A stretch of DNA of 61,554 bases, the filler included, from Choristocarpus tenellus KU-1152 (Eukaryota > Protista > Phaeophyceae), in NCBI GenBank assembly GCA_964200185.2. It is 11 parts of 11 records of this genome, joined end to end, with 100 filler letters (N's around TTAATTAATTAA, not from the genome) between each part and the next. Parts side by side here need not be neighbours in the genome. Positions count along the whole stretch, not along the records: positions 25,273 to 31,486 come from CAXNAD020008663.1; positions 31,587 to 35,473 come from CAXNAD020017358.1; positions 35,574 to 48,044 come from CAXNAD020001823.1; 8 more parts are not named here. One strand, 5' to 3'. Positions within the stretch are counted from its first letter, which is position 1. Each line of letters starts with the position of its first letter. A program made the position numbers and the translations under genes. Below, in pieces: positions 25,273 to 38,488 of this stretch. The notes beneath the pieces were generated by a model, which saw only the letters and a list, made by a program, of their open reading frames with translations, made no database searches and was not told where the DNA came from.

Positions 25273-28200
25273 CATCGCATGGAGTCCTTAGGATCACGCA
25301 CCCACACCCGCTGCTGGGCTGCAGGGACTGATGAAACCCCCCCCCTGGCTAAGGAAGAATAAGATCCTCCCTTCCCAGACCCTAAGCCACCTCTTGTTCC
25401 CCGGTTGAGGCTTCCATCACCCAGACCCCCCACTTCACCCTGCCGAGAGGTTTTCAGTGGCAATTGTCCACCAGAGCCAGCACTCACTCCTCCCAGCCTC
25501 CCCTTGGCTAGGGGCCCTGATCGACTCCCTGGTCCAACCCCGGTCCTGGTTCTGACTGGTGTGCCCTTTTTCACAACCCTGACCTTTCCTCCACTGCCAG
25601 ACAGCAAAGACGGTGTCGTTGCACCTGCCCCAGGGCCACTGCTTCCAATGCTGGAGCAACTCTCAGACTCACTACTGCCTGCACTGCGCAGACGTTTGGG
25701 GCTCTTGGTAACCCTTCCCTCTGTTAGTGGCGTGGTGGCCAATGGAAGTGCCCCAGAGCCCGCCGCCACTTCAGCGCTTCGAGTCACCACCAGAGTAGTG
25801 GGCGCAGGGATGGATGCAGGATTAGATGTTCCAAGGTCAGCATCCGGAACAAGGACTGGAATCTCTGGAGAGGCCAAGGTTTCACCTGGTTTAAGGCAGA
25901 GCCTGTCAAGTGGGATGTTCTCCTGGGTGGGAGACAGGAGGTCCAAGCAGAAAAGAGAGGGTGGGAGAGAAGAGGAAAAAGCGCATGAATTTCAATGTTA
26001 TTCTGGCTACTTCTACTTGGTATTTGAATATAATATAAGCACAAAAAACATTCAATACAGTGACAGGTGCAACTACCACACAAAGACATGCTAAGATAAA
26101 CATGCAGAACAGAGTCACCAACTGAGCACCACAAAACCTCTCCCACTACTAAAATAACCCTAACCAAATGCAACACACTATCCCTGAATTCAGCCCAACT
26201 CAATCAGTAACTACAAGCCCTTACTGACCTCCCTGTCACCATCCTCATACACAATGCTCACGGTAGGAGATCCCTCCCCCTTCCCAACCCTCAAAATGCC
26301 TGTGACGCAACCCTTGTAGGTCGAACCATTCTTGGATGGCCACTCCACCAAGACCACACTTCCTTCCTGCTTGCACCCAGTATACAAATGGGCACAGGGA
26401 AGAGCATGGTGTCAGTGGCGGAAGGGGGGGGAGGATGCACAAAGTGACTTTGTGAGTTCTGCGAGGGCCATGAGTGGCAGTAAGGAGACCCAGGGACAAA
26501 CCCAGGTCATGTCACAAACACGGTCAACAGGCTTACATAGTGCTGGAGACTATGCAATTCAGGGGCATGCATCACAGTAGAGCACGGGGAGGAACGGAGC
26601 CAGCATTGTCACAGGAAGAAAAGTGAAACCAAGTCATCCTTTTAAAGTAAGTGAAATCCCACTGTTTAAAAAGCATGTGGATTGGAAGACTCTCCACCCT
26701 GGTATCCCATTGCACAATAAATGGGGCCAAGGAGCAATAACTACTCTCCAACCCCCTCCCCCCTGACAGTTCAGCAGTCTATACAATTACTGCTAACCAA
26801 AGTATTGTCAAGACACACAAACACACACAATGTGAAACTGCCAATGTATATGTATTCTATTACAAAAAACAGAGGACCGACTCACTTGAACGCCACAGAA
26901 GAGTCTGATTCGATCTTCTGGGACATCACTTAGCTTATCTCCATCCTCAAACACCACTCCATATGTACGTGCCCCTTGCCCCAGCCCTAGCGCTTCTTCC
27001 CCCTTATCTTTCCCCTCTTGGCCCTGACCAAGCCCAGACCCTGTTTCTGAGGAAGACAAAGGTATATTTCCTTGAAGCCCTTTCTCTGCCCCACCATTGC
27101 CGGAATAGTTAACGCATGCTACTGTGCCTTTGTACCAGCTCGTTGTCCACACACTCTGACCCGCCAGCAAGAATTGTGCCTCCACCTTATCCCCCACGGC
27201 AAGTCCTGCACCCCTGGCCCTTGTCCCAGGTACAGTCCCAGTCCCCTTCGCCATCCCTGGTGAGGGCAACAATGACATGGAAGGTGACTCACCCGCACGT
27301 CCTTTCTTCCTTGCACTCCTAGCTGCAGCAGCAGCTTCACCATTGCTGATACTGCCGCTACACTCAGCCATGCCTGGGACTAGTGACAGTGGCGATGGTA
27401 CTGCTGATCTGTCTACAGCAGCAGTACCAGAACCTCCCTCACAACTGCCAAGGGTTTGGCGAGTGGGAGGGTTGAGGGTCCTGAACCCTGGGGCAGGACT
27501 GAGGGCTCCTGCAGCGACAGAGGCAGCTGTATATGTAGAAGCAGATGAAGTGGTAGACAGCTTGCTTCCTCCCCCAATACCTGCCACACCCCCACCACCA
27601 AATCCTCTGCCAGCACCCGTAGAAGCAGCCAAGACATCCATGATCCTGGGGCGAGGGCCTCCCGCTACTCCAAACTGAGAAGCCCACCTACGCCCAACAC
27701 CCTCACCTGTACTGGGACTAGGACCACCCTCTGGATGCCCTCCTCCTGAGGTCCCCACTGGAGGGACTGGAGAGGCTGAAGCAGAGGCTGAGTCTGAGAA
27801 TGACCCCATTGGTGAGGCCAGTGTGGTGGACGCAGGGGAGAGGCTTCCAGCTACCCAGTTACTTACGTGTTGTTGCTGCTGTTGGTTGTGTTGCAGTGAA
27901 GGTTTGTCAAAGGGTAGGGAGGGGATGGTGGGGTTGTGGTACATGGTAGTGTTGCTGCGGGTATGGACCAGGAGAGGGTAGGAAGACAAGACCTGCCATT
28001 CTGCAGCAAAGAAATAACCAGACAATACTAGTGACAGCTAACACACAAACAGCTTGTGAACCAACTACTTCATGGTTTGGGGATGACTTGACTCACCACC
28101 CACTAACACCTCAAAACGTTGAGATTAATTTGCCATGAAATATCAAAAATTGCACTACAGATTTCCATGAACTGTCACAAATCCATAGAGTACACTGTAT

Positions 28201-31200
28201 CTCACATGAACTGCAGGCAAAGGCTTTTTCAAGGCATCAAGCACCATGGGGGTTAAATGAAATTTACTTGGAGTTTCCCCTTACAAGCAAGAAATAAAAA
28301 TTCAACTGCCATTCATCCATTTCGTACAATAGCCAAGGTAGTAATGGTAGGTTCTTTATCATAGCGTCACGCATATCATTCACAAAAACACTTCATGACA
28401 AACAGGACACCAGGAGATTCCCTAAATGACCAACAAACAAAAGAGTTGGAGAAAAAAAGTAAGGGAAGGGCTATCTACTGCTAACGTAAAGTACAACCAC
28501 TTTTATCAATAGTACAGTACATACACACAGCTGGAACATCCTTCACATAGCTTTGTTGCTCTCCCACCCACTACTACACCTCTCATCAAACAAAAGTTCC
28601 ACCTCAGACTCCATTCATTTAAAAATACTCATCTACCGCCTCCCCCCAGCAATGAACACTCCTCCCTACCTGCATCTCCTGCCTTTCTTGCTGCTGCTGC
28701 TGTTGCTGCTGCTGGGCCGAGAGCATGCTAAACATGTTTCGGCGAAGGCTTGAGGCCACGGTTGAGGCCACGCCCTTGAGACTCTTCCTGTTTCCACCTC
28801 TCAGTGTGAAGTCATCTAGGTCAACTAGATCCTCGTCATCCTCCTCGTCGTCCTCCTCGTCTTCTTCATCATCCTCCTCTTCATCCTGTTGTTTGTAGAG
28901 AAATCCCAGCATGGTGGGCCAATCAACAAAGGTGTTGGTGTGGAGGTAGACAGGGTGGGGAAGGGGGATAGGGGGGGGGGGGGAAGGGGAGAAAGACACA
29001 ACTGAATCTGCGTACACAATACTTAAAGGAGAATGATTCCTGGAGCACCTGGAGCATTGATGGGTCGTCTTTTGATATTCTTCATTTCATTAGGGGCTAA
29101 GAGTCTTCAACCTTGGCAACGTCATTGTTGTCATCTTCAACCACCAGTTGCACCTCGACTGGATATGCAAAAATCTCATCTACCTCCCCCCCTCCTAAGC
29201 ATCCATCAGTCTCAGCAAACCTCTCTATCTTGCAGGTCAGTCAGAACAATCGTCACACTGAACATATAAATAACTCCACTTGGAACCCAAGATGCAGGCC
29301 ACTCACTTGAGGGCCAATTTGGAATAAATACCTGAGCCCACAAAATTAGCCTGAAGGCATTCAAAATGCTGTATAATTCACAATAGGTTGATTCATCCCA
29401 TATGAAATATATATTGAAAGCTGACATCCTAACCCATTGATCAAGCAGTTGTAGCCCCATTCAAAATCCTATTCCAACATACATACTCCTAGTGTTCGAA
29501 AAGAACGTTTGATTGCTTCCACAAGTAGGAGAGATCAGGGATAGCACAATGGTTTAGGGTGAAGACCTCACCTGATCCTCTGCTGAGTCGAAGGAGGGGA
29601 GCCCAGCAAGCTCCACAAGGAACGGGGACTGTCCTCGGAGGAGACGTCCTGGGCCTTCACCATCACCACTTTCAAAGTCAACCTTTGCAGACAGCAGACG
29701 ATGTGCATCGGTGAGGAGTTGGTAGAGAGCATCAGTCAGCCTTATGTCTGCATGCATGTGTTCATGTTCACGTGTGTATGAGCTTCTCTTTTGTGTAAGA
29801 AGCAGCATGCCAAAGACATTGAACTATTATTGGGATGAGGAGGAATCTTCCAAAAACAACAACAAAAGCAATGGGCGATTTGGGATAAAAGAAAATCTCT
29901 GTATTACTCCACATTTTATGCAATTCAAGCTTGCAGCACCAACATGCTTGCGTACAGACCTTGTCAATCAGCCAATCACAAACAGGCCATGAGAGACCCC
30001 AGCTCAACTCAAGTCCCACAGATAACTCAAAACACATCCCATTATAGACACCCTTCAAAGGCTCACCACACACACACACACACACACCAACTCCTGGTCC
30101 ATACCCCTTAACCCTTCACCTTGGCCTCATCCACACACAACTCTGCCTCTGCCCCTGATCCCCCCACTGCCGCCACACCAGTCCCTACTTTTGCTCCTCC
30201 AGCCTGGGCCACACACTCCCCTGCACCCACTGCCTTGGCAACAGGCACGCTTGATGCCTGCCCATCCTCTGAAGTTGGAGGATCAGCCCCTGACGGTTTG
30301 GCATTGTCCGGCAAAAGCACCCTGTGCACCATCTCTGCCAGCACAACCTACACATAAGACAGAATTCATCAGTCAATGGGTTAGTGGTGGGGCCAGGGGG
30401 GAAGGAAGAGGGAGGAGGAGAACCTTGAATATATTACAGTGTACTGATACATGTGCAAAGACAGGGCTGGGAACTGCTGTAGAGGTAGGCAGGGGAGCAA
30501 GCCGCTGGCAATCGACCCCAATCAGGGGCTGTAAATACTCCCATTTCTAGCAGTATTCCTACAAAGCAAGAATATTTACTACACACCCCTCAAAGCACCT
30601 TGTATGATAATGCTACAATAAACCCCACTTGAACTATGGTACATCTATCTTCCCCTGACAATCAACCTACTCACTTTTAAAACACCTTCAGCTGTTGATC
30701 TTTGAAGACATCTCAGTCAACTCAAAGACGACCTCCCCATCATAATCCACTCTACCAATAAAATCCAGCACAAAAAACAAGTCTTCAGCAAAGAGGGCAA
30801 ATGATCAAGAGCAGTACAGCACTATACACAGCAAAAATACCTGCAGGTAGTTATCACAAAGTGTGTCCTCTTCCATCCCTGGCACTGCCAACAGAAGATG
30901 CGTCCCAGTCTGCTCATCCCAACCAACGACTCGGTACAATCGCCCCTGTCCCATACCCTGCCCTAGTCCCTGCCCTCCCCAAAGCGCATGTCCATGGGCA
31001 GAGGAGATACCATCACCCAGCCCCTGGGCAAATGTGCAATCGGTGCAACAGTTGCACCAAAGAAGAAAGTTGAATTGTTTGAGGGGAAGGGAGAGGGTAG
31101 GGGGGGGGGGGTTCAGTAGTCAGGGATGGTGCCAAGTATCTCATGGGTGATAAAGTGTTAAGACAGTCAAAGAAAAGAAATATTACACCACTACTAGTAA

Positions 31201-31355
31201 TAGTCCTTTAGCTTCCTCCTGCAACCCTCACCATACCACTGCTGGATGAAGAAGCCCCCTGGGGGGGCTTTATGCAAACCATGGCACCCAGCAGTCCTCG
31301 GCAGTACTTTGTGTAGGTTGGGTGTGTCACATGCACCGAACGAAGTACGAACTCC
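25273..31355 (-). CDS. Large multi-exon protein with Tudor-like domain(s), acidic/polyQ tract and Gly/Ser-rich disordered regions (partial at both ends)
   Basis: Spliceable exons at about 31355-31232, 31023-30841, 30347-30113/30120, 29747-29572, 28885-28670, 27992-26886 and 25922-contig end. Tudor-like signature LAVGDKVEAQF...SWYKGTVACVN...TYGVVFEDGDKLSDVPEDRIRL, plus a weaker YRVVGWDEQTGTHLL motif. Confidence 0.7.
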
Positions 31356-31628
31356 CTGAACAAAAATCGCAACACAAATGGACACAAAAAGATGGATAAT
31401 TAAGAACGAAGCATGAGAGGGTGGGAAAGAGCAAGATGGTATAGGACATACAAGCAACACTGTGTGTGTGTGTGGGGGGGGGGGGGNNNNNNNNNNNNNN
31501 NNNNNNNNNNNNNNNNNNNNNNNNNNNNNNTTAATTAATTAANNNNNNNNNNNNNNNNNNNNNNNNNNNNNNNNNNNNNNNNNNNNCTCCTGTAGCCCCT
31601 GCCCCCTCGACCCTTCACCAACCTGCAG

Positions 31629-34600
31629 CGATCTATTCCCGTTCTCACCATGCCTGTGTTCCACTTGGGCTAGTTCCGCATGAAATTGTTTCATTGGAAT
31701 GGGTGGAAGGCGATACGAGAGACTGTTCTTGGCACATAAGGGTGGGCTTTTACTCTGTCGACGCTGTGCTGGGTCTACTGCTGGCCCTTGTCAACGCCTA
31801 CACTTGGACAGAGATGTTAAAGGTCAGCGGAGTTTAAAAGGTAGTGGTATTGTGGGGAATATGTTCTGGGGATGATGTTACTGGGGGTTTGTACAAGAGC
31901 AGGGACGTTCATCAACAGTTTTTCATCACCCGTTTCTCTTGGGTTTGCTGTTTGGTCTGTGATGGTGCAGTCTCTTGACTATACTACACAAGACTATACT
32001 TGACTATACTACACAAGACTATACTTGACTATACTACACAAGACGTTCCTCTCTCCCGCACCTTGGTAGCTTGGGGTGATAGCAAGGGGTAAAAGGTTTG
32101 CCTAAGTGTTTATTTTTCTGTTTGAAGGATTGTGATTCATTACATGTACAACATTCTTGTTATATGTGATGTTGATGTTTGCAAATTTCCGTTCTTCTCA
32201 TTGTCGTGGAACTCTGCGTTTGGCATCTGTAATGCTTCAATGTCTGCATGGACAAGTGTTCAGCAAGAACGGTAATGATCTCTTCCTCTACCACATTTCT
32301 TTGTGCAATGTCCTCAATTCCCATGCGTACTAAGGACTGTTGCAGTTTTTATTTTGTTGGAGAATCCTTGCCTCCTTTTATCCTTCACTATTTTCTCGTG
32401 TATGTCACATTTACGGATTTTACAGAGTAATTTTCTGCCTTCATTCAGTCTGTTACGTTAGCCCATGCCGAACCTTCCCCCCCCCCCCAATTGCATAACT
32501 TCAAATGCCCTCCAAAACTCCATTCTGATTAATGGTTGCACTGTTTCTTAGGTACTAGTTGGCCGACCCAGACCGAACTACCATGCACTCCAGGCCTTCA
32601 CAGAGTTGGGAGCCAATGGCGAGGTAGGTCCATGCACAAGAGATAGATAGTTTTGTTTTACACAATTTGGGGTCAAGCATAGATGGGAATTGAACACAAT
32701 GCCCAAGGATAATGGCAGCTGTTTGGTGGGACTCAAGAAATCACATGTTGAACTTCAGTGAAATATTGGAGGAATGTTGTGGGAGGGGTGGGGGGAATGG
32801 GGGGGTGGGTGGGGGAGGGGAGAGGGAAGGAGTGAATGGATCATGCCATGCTGGCTGTATCGACTGAGATACTGGATTGATTTGAACCTTCTTCATATCT
32901 GCAGTGTGTTAGATGTGGCTATTGTGCAAATGGTGAAGGGTGAGGGTGCAATAGTTGGGTTGGATGAAGGATACTAGGGGTGACCTATGGACTGTAAAGG
33001 GATGGTTACTGTGCTAATCTATGTGGGTTATTCTTCTCACCTCATTTCCCAATCAACCTCCTTTGTTCCCCCACCTCTCACCGATGCTGCCCCATCATGG
33101 ACCGCACACCTTCCAGGATTTTACGAAGGAATCTGTTCTAAGTTTTCCATCTGGGCATGCATCGTTTGCAATGGCTGGAATGGTATTCCTTGCATACGTG
33201 ATATGGATGGATGTGTATGCCCTTGTGAAAGTGAGTCAACAGTTCTATGTAGCCTGCAGGCCAAAGGGGGAAGGGGTTAGGTGTCTTGTGTGATGGAGCA
33301 GAATGAGTGGGAACATATGGGGGGCATCATCAACATATTGGAATGGGGCCTGGGGTCTGGGGCCTGGTGTAAGACTATTTTTGAATGAGATTCTAACTCT
33401 GCTGTAGGTGAAGTTGGGGACAGGAGGGGTTGCTTGCTCAAGATTAATCAGAGGAATGGCCCTGCTTTGGAGGTGCTAACGTACTGCCCCCTCCTCCCCC
33501 ACCCCCAAATTTTTACAACCACACTCCTGGAGTACACTAACCATTTGTCAATCCCACCTACCCATTCTATCCTGTTCCCTGGGACAACCTTCTCCAAACG
33601 CTTATGTACTTGATCTCAGTGGAGACGGAGAGCTCACCCAGGGCTTACTCTAGCACTTGCCATTGTGATGGGATTTGCTGTTCTCTTGTTACCTCTTGCT
33701 GCTGTGGCTATTGGAATAACAAGGTGTGCCTTTGGGGGGGGTGGGGGTGGGGGGGGACAAAATTGGATTTGTAGGTGTGTGTGTTTGTGTGTTTGTGTGT
33801 TGTAGTGGACTTTGTACGATCATTTTTGTTTGGTTGGAAGGGGGTGAATGTAAGTTCGGTCAACCTGTTTTGCTGTGGGTTCAGTTTGCTGACCTGTGGG
33901 ATAATCTGGGATGACTTACGTGAGACTCCTTTAGTGGTGTACAAGGAGGGGATTGGATACAATTGAATAAGGAAAAAAGTGGTAATTGAGTTTATGCCTA
34001 CTGCTTGGATGACCTATTATGTAGTGCTTTTGTGTGTGTGTATGTGGTAGGTAGACTGTGCCACATTTTGACTCATTTATCCAGGGTGCCCAATATCCCC
34101 AAAAGACCCTCATGTATGTTACCATCACCTGAAAGTTCAGCCTTTCGGCTACAGGTAGTTCTCGTTTGTGTGCTGCGTCCTATATCTGCTCCTTCCTTGC
34201 ACTTATGATGATATCCCCATTGCTGCACCTTCGATGCCAGTATGTTGATGAAATATCCATTTTTTGCATACGGCTTAGTGCTGGCTCTTATTTTTGCCCC
34301 ATGACCACAGCACTGCTTCCTTCATCACCTGTCCCTCTCTCTTCCCTAACTTACTTGCCACTACCCCGTTATACTTGCCAAAATGTATAGAATACAAGAC
34401 TATTGGCACCGACCAGATGACGTCATAGCTGGGATGGTAATTGGGGGGCTATCTGCACATTGGGCTTTCCGTCTAGTTGTGTTGTTTCCATTTGAGCATG
34501 AGCGAGGATCACTTCAGGTGTGTCTTGTGTCTCAAGGTGTGTAGGGACTTGAAGAGGGGGGAGGGAGTGTAGGGGGGCTGCAAGAACATGAATGGATAGG

Positions 34601-34960
34601 AAATACGGCATTTGCTTCTGACTCGGAAGGTTTATTCTGATTTCGTTACCACTTTCTATTGTGTCGATTCTTTACTGCAAACTCTCATCTCCCCTCTACC
34701 TGAAGTAATTGGACAAGGCAATGACTCAAACAGCATTTATCACTATAGTGATGGTGATTCGATGAACTTTGTTGTTTATGACTGTACCTACCCTTGTACT
34801 GGAAAATAACTGTTGACAGGTGAAGCCAAAATTCTCTGTGCCTTCAACTGCCACAACATATACAAGCGGTGTGAGAGAATCAAGGGGACTCACAGCACCT
34901 TCCTATAGTGGTTCAGGACTACGAGGCAGGAGAGATGATTTTATAGAGAGTAGTGCGTAG
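31629..34960 (+). CDS. PAP2-family lipid phosphate phosphatase (phosphatidic acid phosphatase type 2), 5' end missing
   Basis: Exons 31629-31822, 32552-32623, 33117-33230, 33620-33723, 34391-34517 and 34820-34960 join in frame. All three motifs are present: C1 KVLVGRPRP, C2 SFPSGH, C3 TRIQDYWHRPDDV, with hydrophobic helices between them. Confidence 0.93.
31975..32044. repeat. 25-bp tandem repeat, about 3 copies (PAP2 intron)
   Basis: Unit CTTGACTATACTACACAAGACTATA. Confidence 0.85.
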
Positions 34961-35328
34961 GAAACCCAATCTTCCCATGTTTTCCTTACAGCTTTAGACT
35001 CAATGGAACCAGTTCCCCATGATCCAGAGCCACAGGCTGTTGTTTTGTTGGGGGTAGATGATTGGTTTTGTGCTGTGTGATATGAGAGGTAGGGGGGCAA
35101 GGAGGACAGAGGGGACACGAGCAGTATAAGGACAAGAATCTGTGACGGACTATGGTACTCTTTCCTGTGCCTGCTTTGACAACTCAGCTTTGGGTGGAGG
35201 TTTGAGGATGGTTAGCTCCTGCCAACAATGGTCCAACAATGGTCCAACAATGGTCCCTTTGTGGAGTGTTGTCTCTTGGGTTGACTGATGTTGCTGAGCT
35301 GAGCTGTTGACTGTTCAGTTTTTTGTCT

Positions 35329-35332
<4 letters not shown>

Positions 35333-35374
<42 letters not shown>
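35333..35374. repeat. (TG)n microsatellite
   Basis: About 21 TG units. Confidence 0.95.
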
Positions 35375-35378
<4 letters not shown>

Positions 35379-37304
35379 GTGCTGGGAGGGTATACTGCAT
35401 TGAGGTACAGTACACATCGGGATAAATGGATGATGAAATGTGAAATATATCAACAGGTGTAGTTGCTTGCATGNNNNNNNNNNNNNNNNNNNNNNNNNNN
35501 NNNNNNNNNNNNNNNNNTTAATTAATTAANNNNNNNNNNNNNNNNNNNNNNNNNNNNNNNNNNNNNNNNNNNNATATCCAATTGTTTGGCAATGAACCAG
35601 ACATGGTACACCTTTTTGTGACACAAATCTCGGGCTGCAAAAGGGACTTCTATGCTCAACATGCACAAGTACAAGCATGAGCACAAGGAACATGAGGGCA
35701 AAGTGCCAGCTCAGAGCGAAAAATTCTGGCATGGATTTGGACACATGGGAACAATGCGCTCTACATAAGCCCTTCAAATCACAGACAGCAATAAAACACG
35801 CTCCAGCATCTGCTCAAAACAGTGTCATTGTATGGCTGTCTTAGTAAGTGGTGTATGTAGGGGAGACTTGGAGGACAGCGGACTGGTCCGCAGGATCCAC
35901 CGTCATACATCACAGGACCAACAAGCAGTCAACCTTACCCACATGAGCACAACATACAGAAAAGACAAAGCTGCAAGGAGTACAGACATGCCCACAGGTT
36001 TTAGGGACACGTTAGGAAGTGATAGGGAGATCTGTTGGCAAGCTGTAGGGCCAACCTACAAATACTGCAGGACACACTCCGGAGTGTAAGCAACAGCGAC
36101 GTATCGGTAATGCTATGTCGAAATTGCAAAGGATGACTGTCAAAGCTCACTGCGCTTCTTACAGAGCGAGTTAATCCTCTGTAATGACACAGCCGTGCGT
36201 CCGCAATGTAGGGCTAGCTAGGACTGCAACCACCACAAAGGACATCATAAACAGCAGAACCTCCTTTTCTGTTTCACATTTTTTATAATCAATTTTTATC
36301 AGCCCCCCACAATATTCCACCGACACTCATCAAAAAGATAATCCTGTCAATAAACACAAAAGAAAAATACTCGACAGTGGGAAACTGTCAAGTTTGCATA
36401 TCCCTGACTCCAGTGATCATGGGCTACTACTACTCTCTATTTTACCCTGTCCACATTGTGGACATCCTAGGTTTGCCCATGATTTTGAGAGAGATACGTG
36501 ATATACAGAGGGGTGTGTGTGTGTGGAATGTATTCGTTGTGCATAGGGCATGGCACCGTGCTTTCATGATGCGCACAGCATACAACAGTCATACCCCCAT
36601 CACTGTCATACACTTGAGACTTTCAAGTATGACCTGGAGAGAGGGAAAGGGGGGTGTTAAGGGGGCCAGGACCAAAAAAAGATAAACCCCAGGTTTTGAG
36701 TTAAGTCAAGCTCCATAGACAACTGTTCTATAGCTTTTCGTCCAAACCACAAATGGATGTGTGTGTGGCCAAGGGCAACATTTTTTCCTTACGATCATGT
36801 CCGAAAATTGAATTGAAAATTGAGCTGATGAATGTGTGATAGATTGCCCTACGTATCAAGTTACGGCCCGGTTAAAAACACTGATGATCTGTAACCACTG
36901 CTGCCTTCGAACTTGTATCCCCTGTCCCCAAGCTTGAATACATAATCTCATACAATCATACGCAAACAGAGTACACGTACACTACTCCCATATTTTCAAA
37001 AGCATGCACGAACTGCTGTTCACCCGGACATGCAAGAGTGCATACCCCGAAGTGCTCGAGTACATCTACAACCAACATAGTATCCATTTGAACCATCTGT
37101 TTCGTACACTTGAGGACGACAGCACTGCAAACCTACAGCATGAACACTTCAAAATCGATCCTTACCACCAAACACACCCAGGGATCTCACAATATCCATT
37201 CAATCAAACAGAGTGCAACGCCTGACTTTTCACACCTCAAGACTATCAACCAATCCATCAAACACAAAGCCACCCTGCACCCCTACCCACTCATCCAAAC
37301 TAAC

Positions 37305-38488
37305 CTTGGCCTGAAAAGCAACCACCAGCTCAGAGTCGTCGATGAAGTCACAGTCATCGCTATCATATTCAATCTCTTCCGCTTCCCTCTCCTTTCTCAA
37401 CCTCCTCTTCCTTCGCTTCTTTTCCCCCACTACTCCCTCCCCCCCCCCTCTACTTGAGTCATCATCTGAAGAGGCCCCAAGAAGGCTAGCCATTCCTCCC
37501 CCATAACGTAGCTCAAGCTGCTCTATGAGGTTCAGTCTACCATGTTCACCCCAGCCCCCAGCCCCTGGTGACCCCCCTTGGGAGACAGTTCCATCTGGAT
37601 GAGCCCCATCATCTGACGCTTGAGGTTTGTTTGGTCCCACAGTGTTTTCTGCTGCCTCACTTGCTGACACCTGCAATTGGTAGCAACAGGGCATACGCAC
37701 ACACATTAACAAACCAAGATGCTGTTGGTTTTATCCTCTTAGTGTCCAGCACTGAGAAAATGTTGATAAAAAAGGATGCCCTGCTAATCGCAGGCCTTCA
37801 TATTGCACTGCAATGGTGCTAACAACCACGGAGTATCTGTGTGATTCTTGATCAAACACAAAGTCTACAGAAAAATTTGAAAAGATAATTTTCATGTGTT
37901 TTTTCCAACTGCATAGCACAACTAGCAAAGTCTCACCCCATACTCAGCACTACAGAAGGGAACTGTGTCATCCCCAGTTAACAGTATATTGTCAATCATG
38001 ACATCACTGGCTCTCTCTGCCACCTATGTCTCTCTCATCCTCTCACCGCTTCCCCAAATGCCCCATTGAACCCCGATAGGCAACCGTCTCAATAGTCTCC
38101 ATTAGTTGTTGACCACCTGCCCTGGTTGTTCCCCCCTTCCCTCCCCCTGTTAGCCCAAAACACTCACCGCACCTAGACCACTGGGGTCGTTTTGGGCAAG
38201 CGATGATTTGACCCCCCCGCCCCCTTGAACCTGACGATTCATAGCTTTTGGAGGATCTGAATTCTGGTCAGTGGAGATTGGATGGTGCATATGCACATCA
38301 CGGCTCTCAGCCCTGCTTGGAACACCACCAACATCGCCACCACCACCACCCTGGCTGGTGTCAGTGAGTTCTCTATTGGTGGATGGACCATCGCCCTGCC
38401 GCCTGACTGTAGACATAGGACCACGGTATCTACGCTCAGCATCACGGATCAAGTCCTTGAGGTTGACTGGTCCAAGGGATAGATCAAC
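37305..38488 (-). CDS. Ubinuclein/Hpc2-like (HIRA histone chaperone complex subunit; HRD/HUN domain), partial
   Basis: Exons 38488-38168 and 37670-37305 (phase 0). LIEQLELRYGG ... basic NLS-like KKRRKRRLRK ... EYDSDDCDFIDDSEL matches the YDxxDxFIDDxE motif of the Hpc2-related domain. Flanking exons are not resolved. Confidence 0.72.

Noticed and set aside
25405-27678. Pro-rich + strand ORFs (229 aa, 133 aa)
   Set aside because: Antisense shadows of Gly-rich exons of the minus-strand gene.
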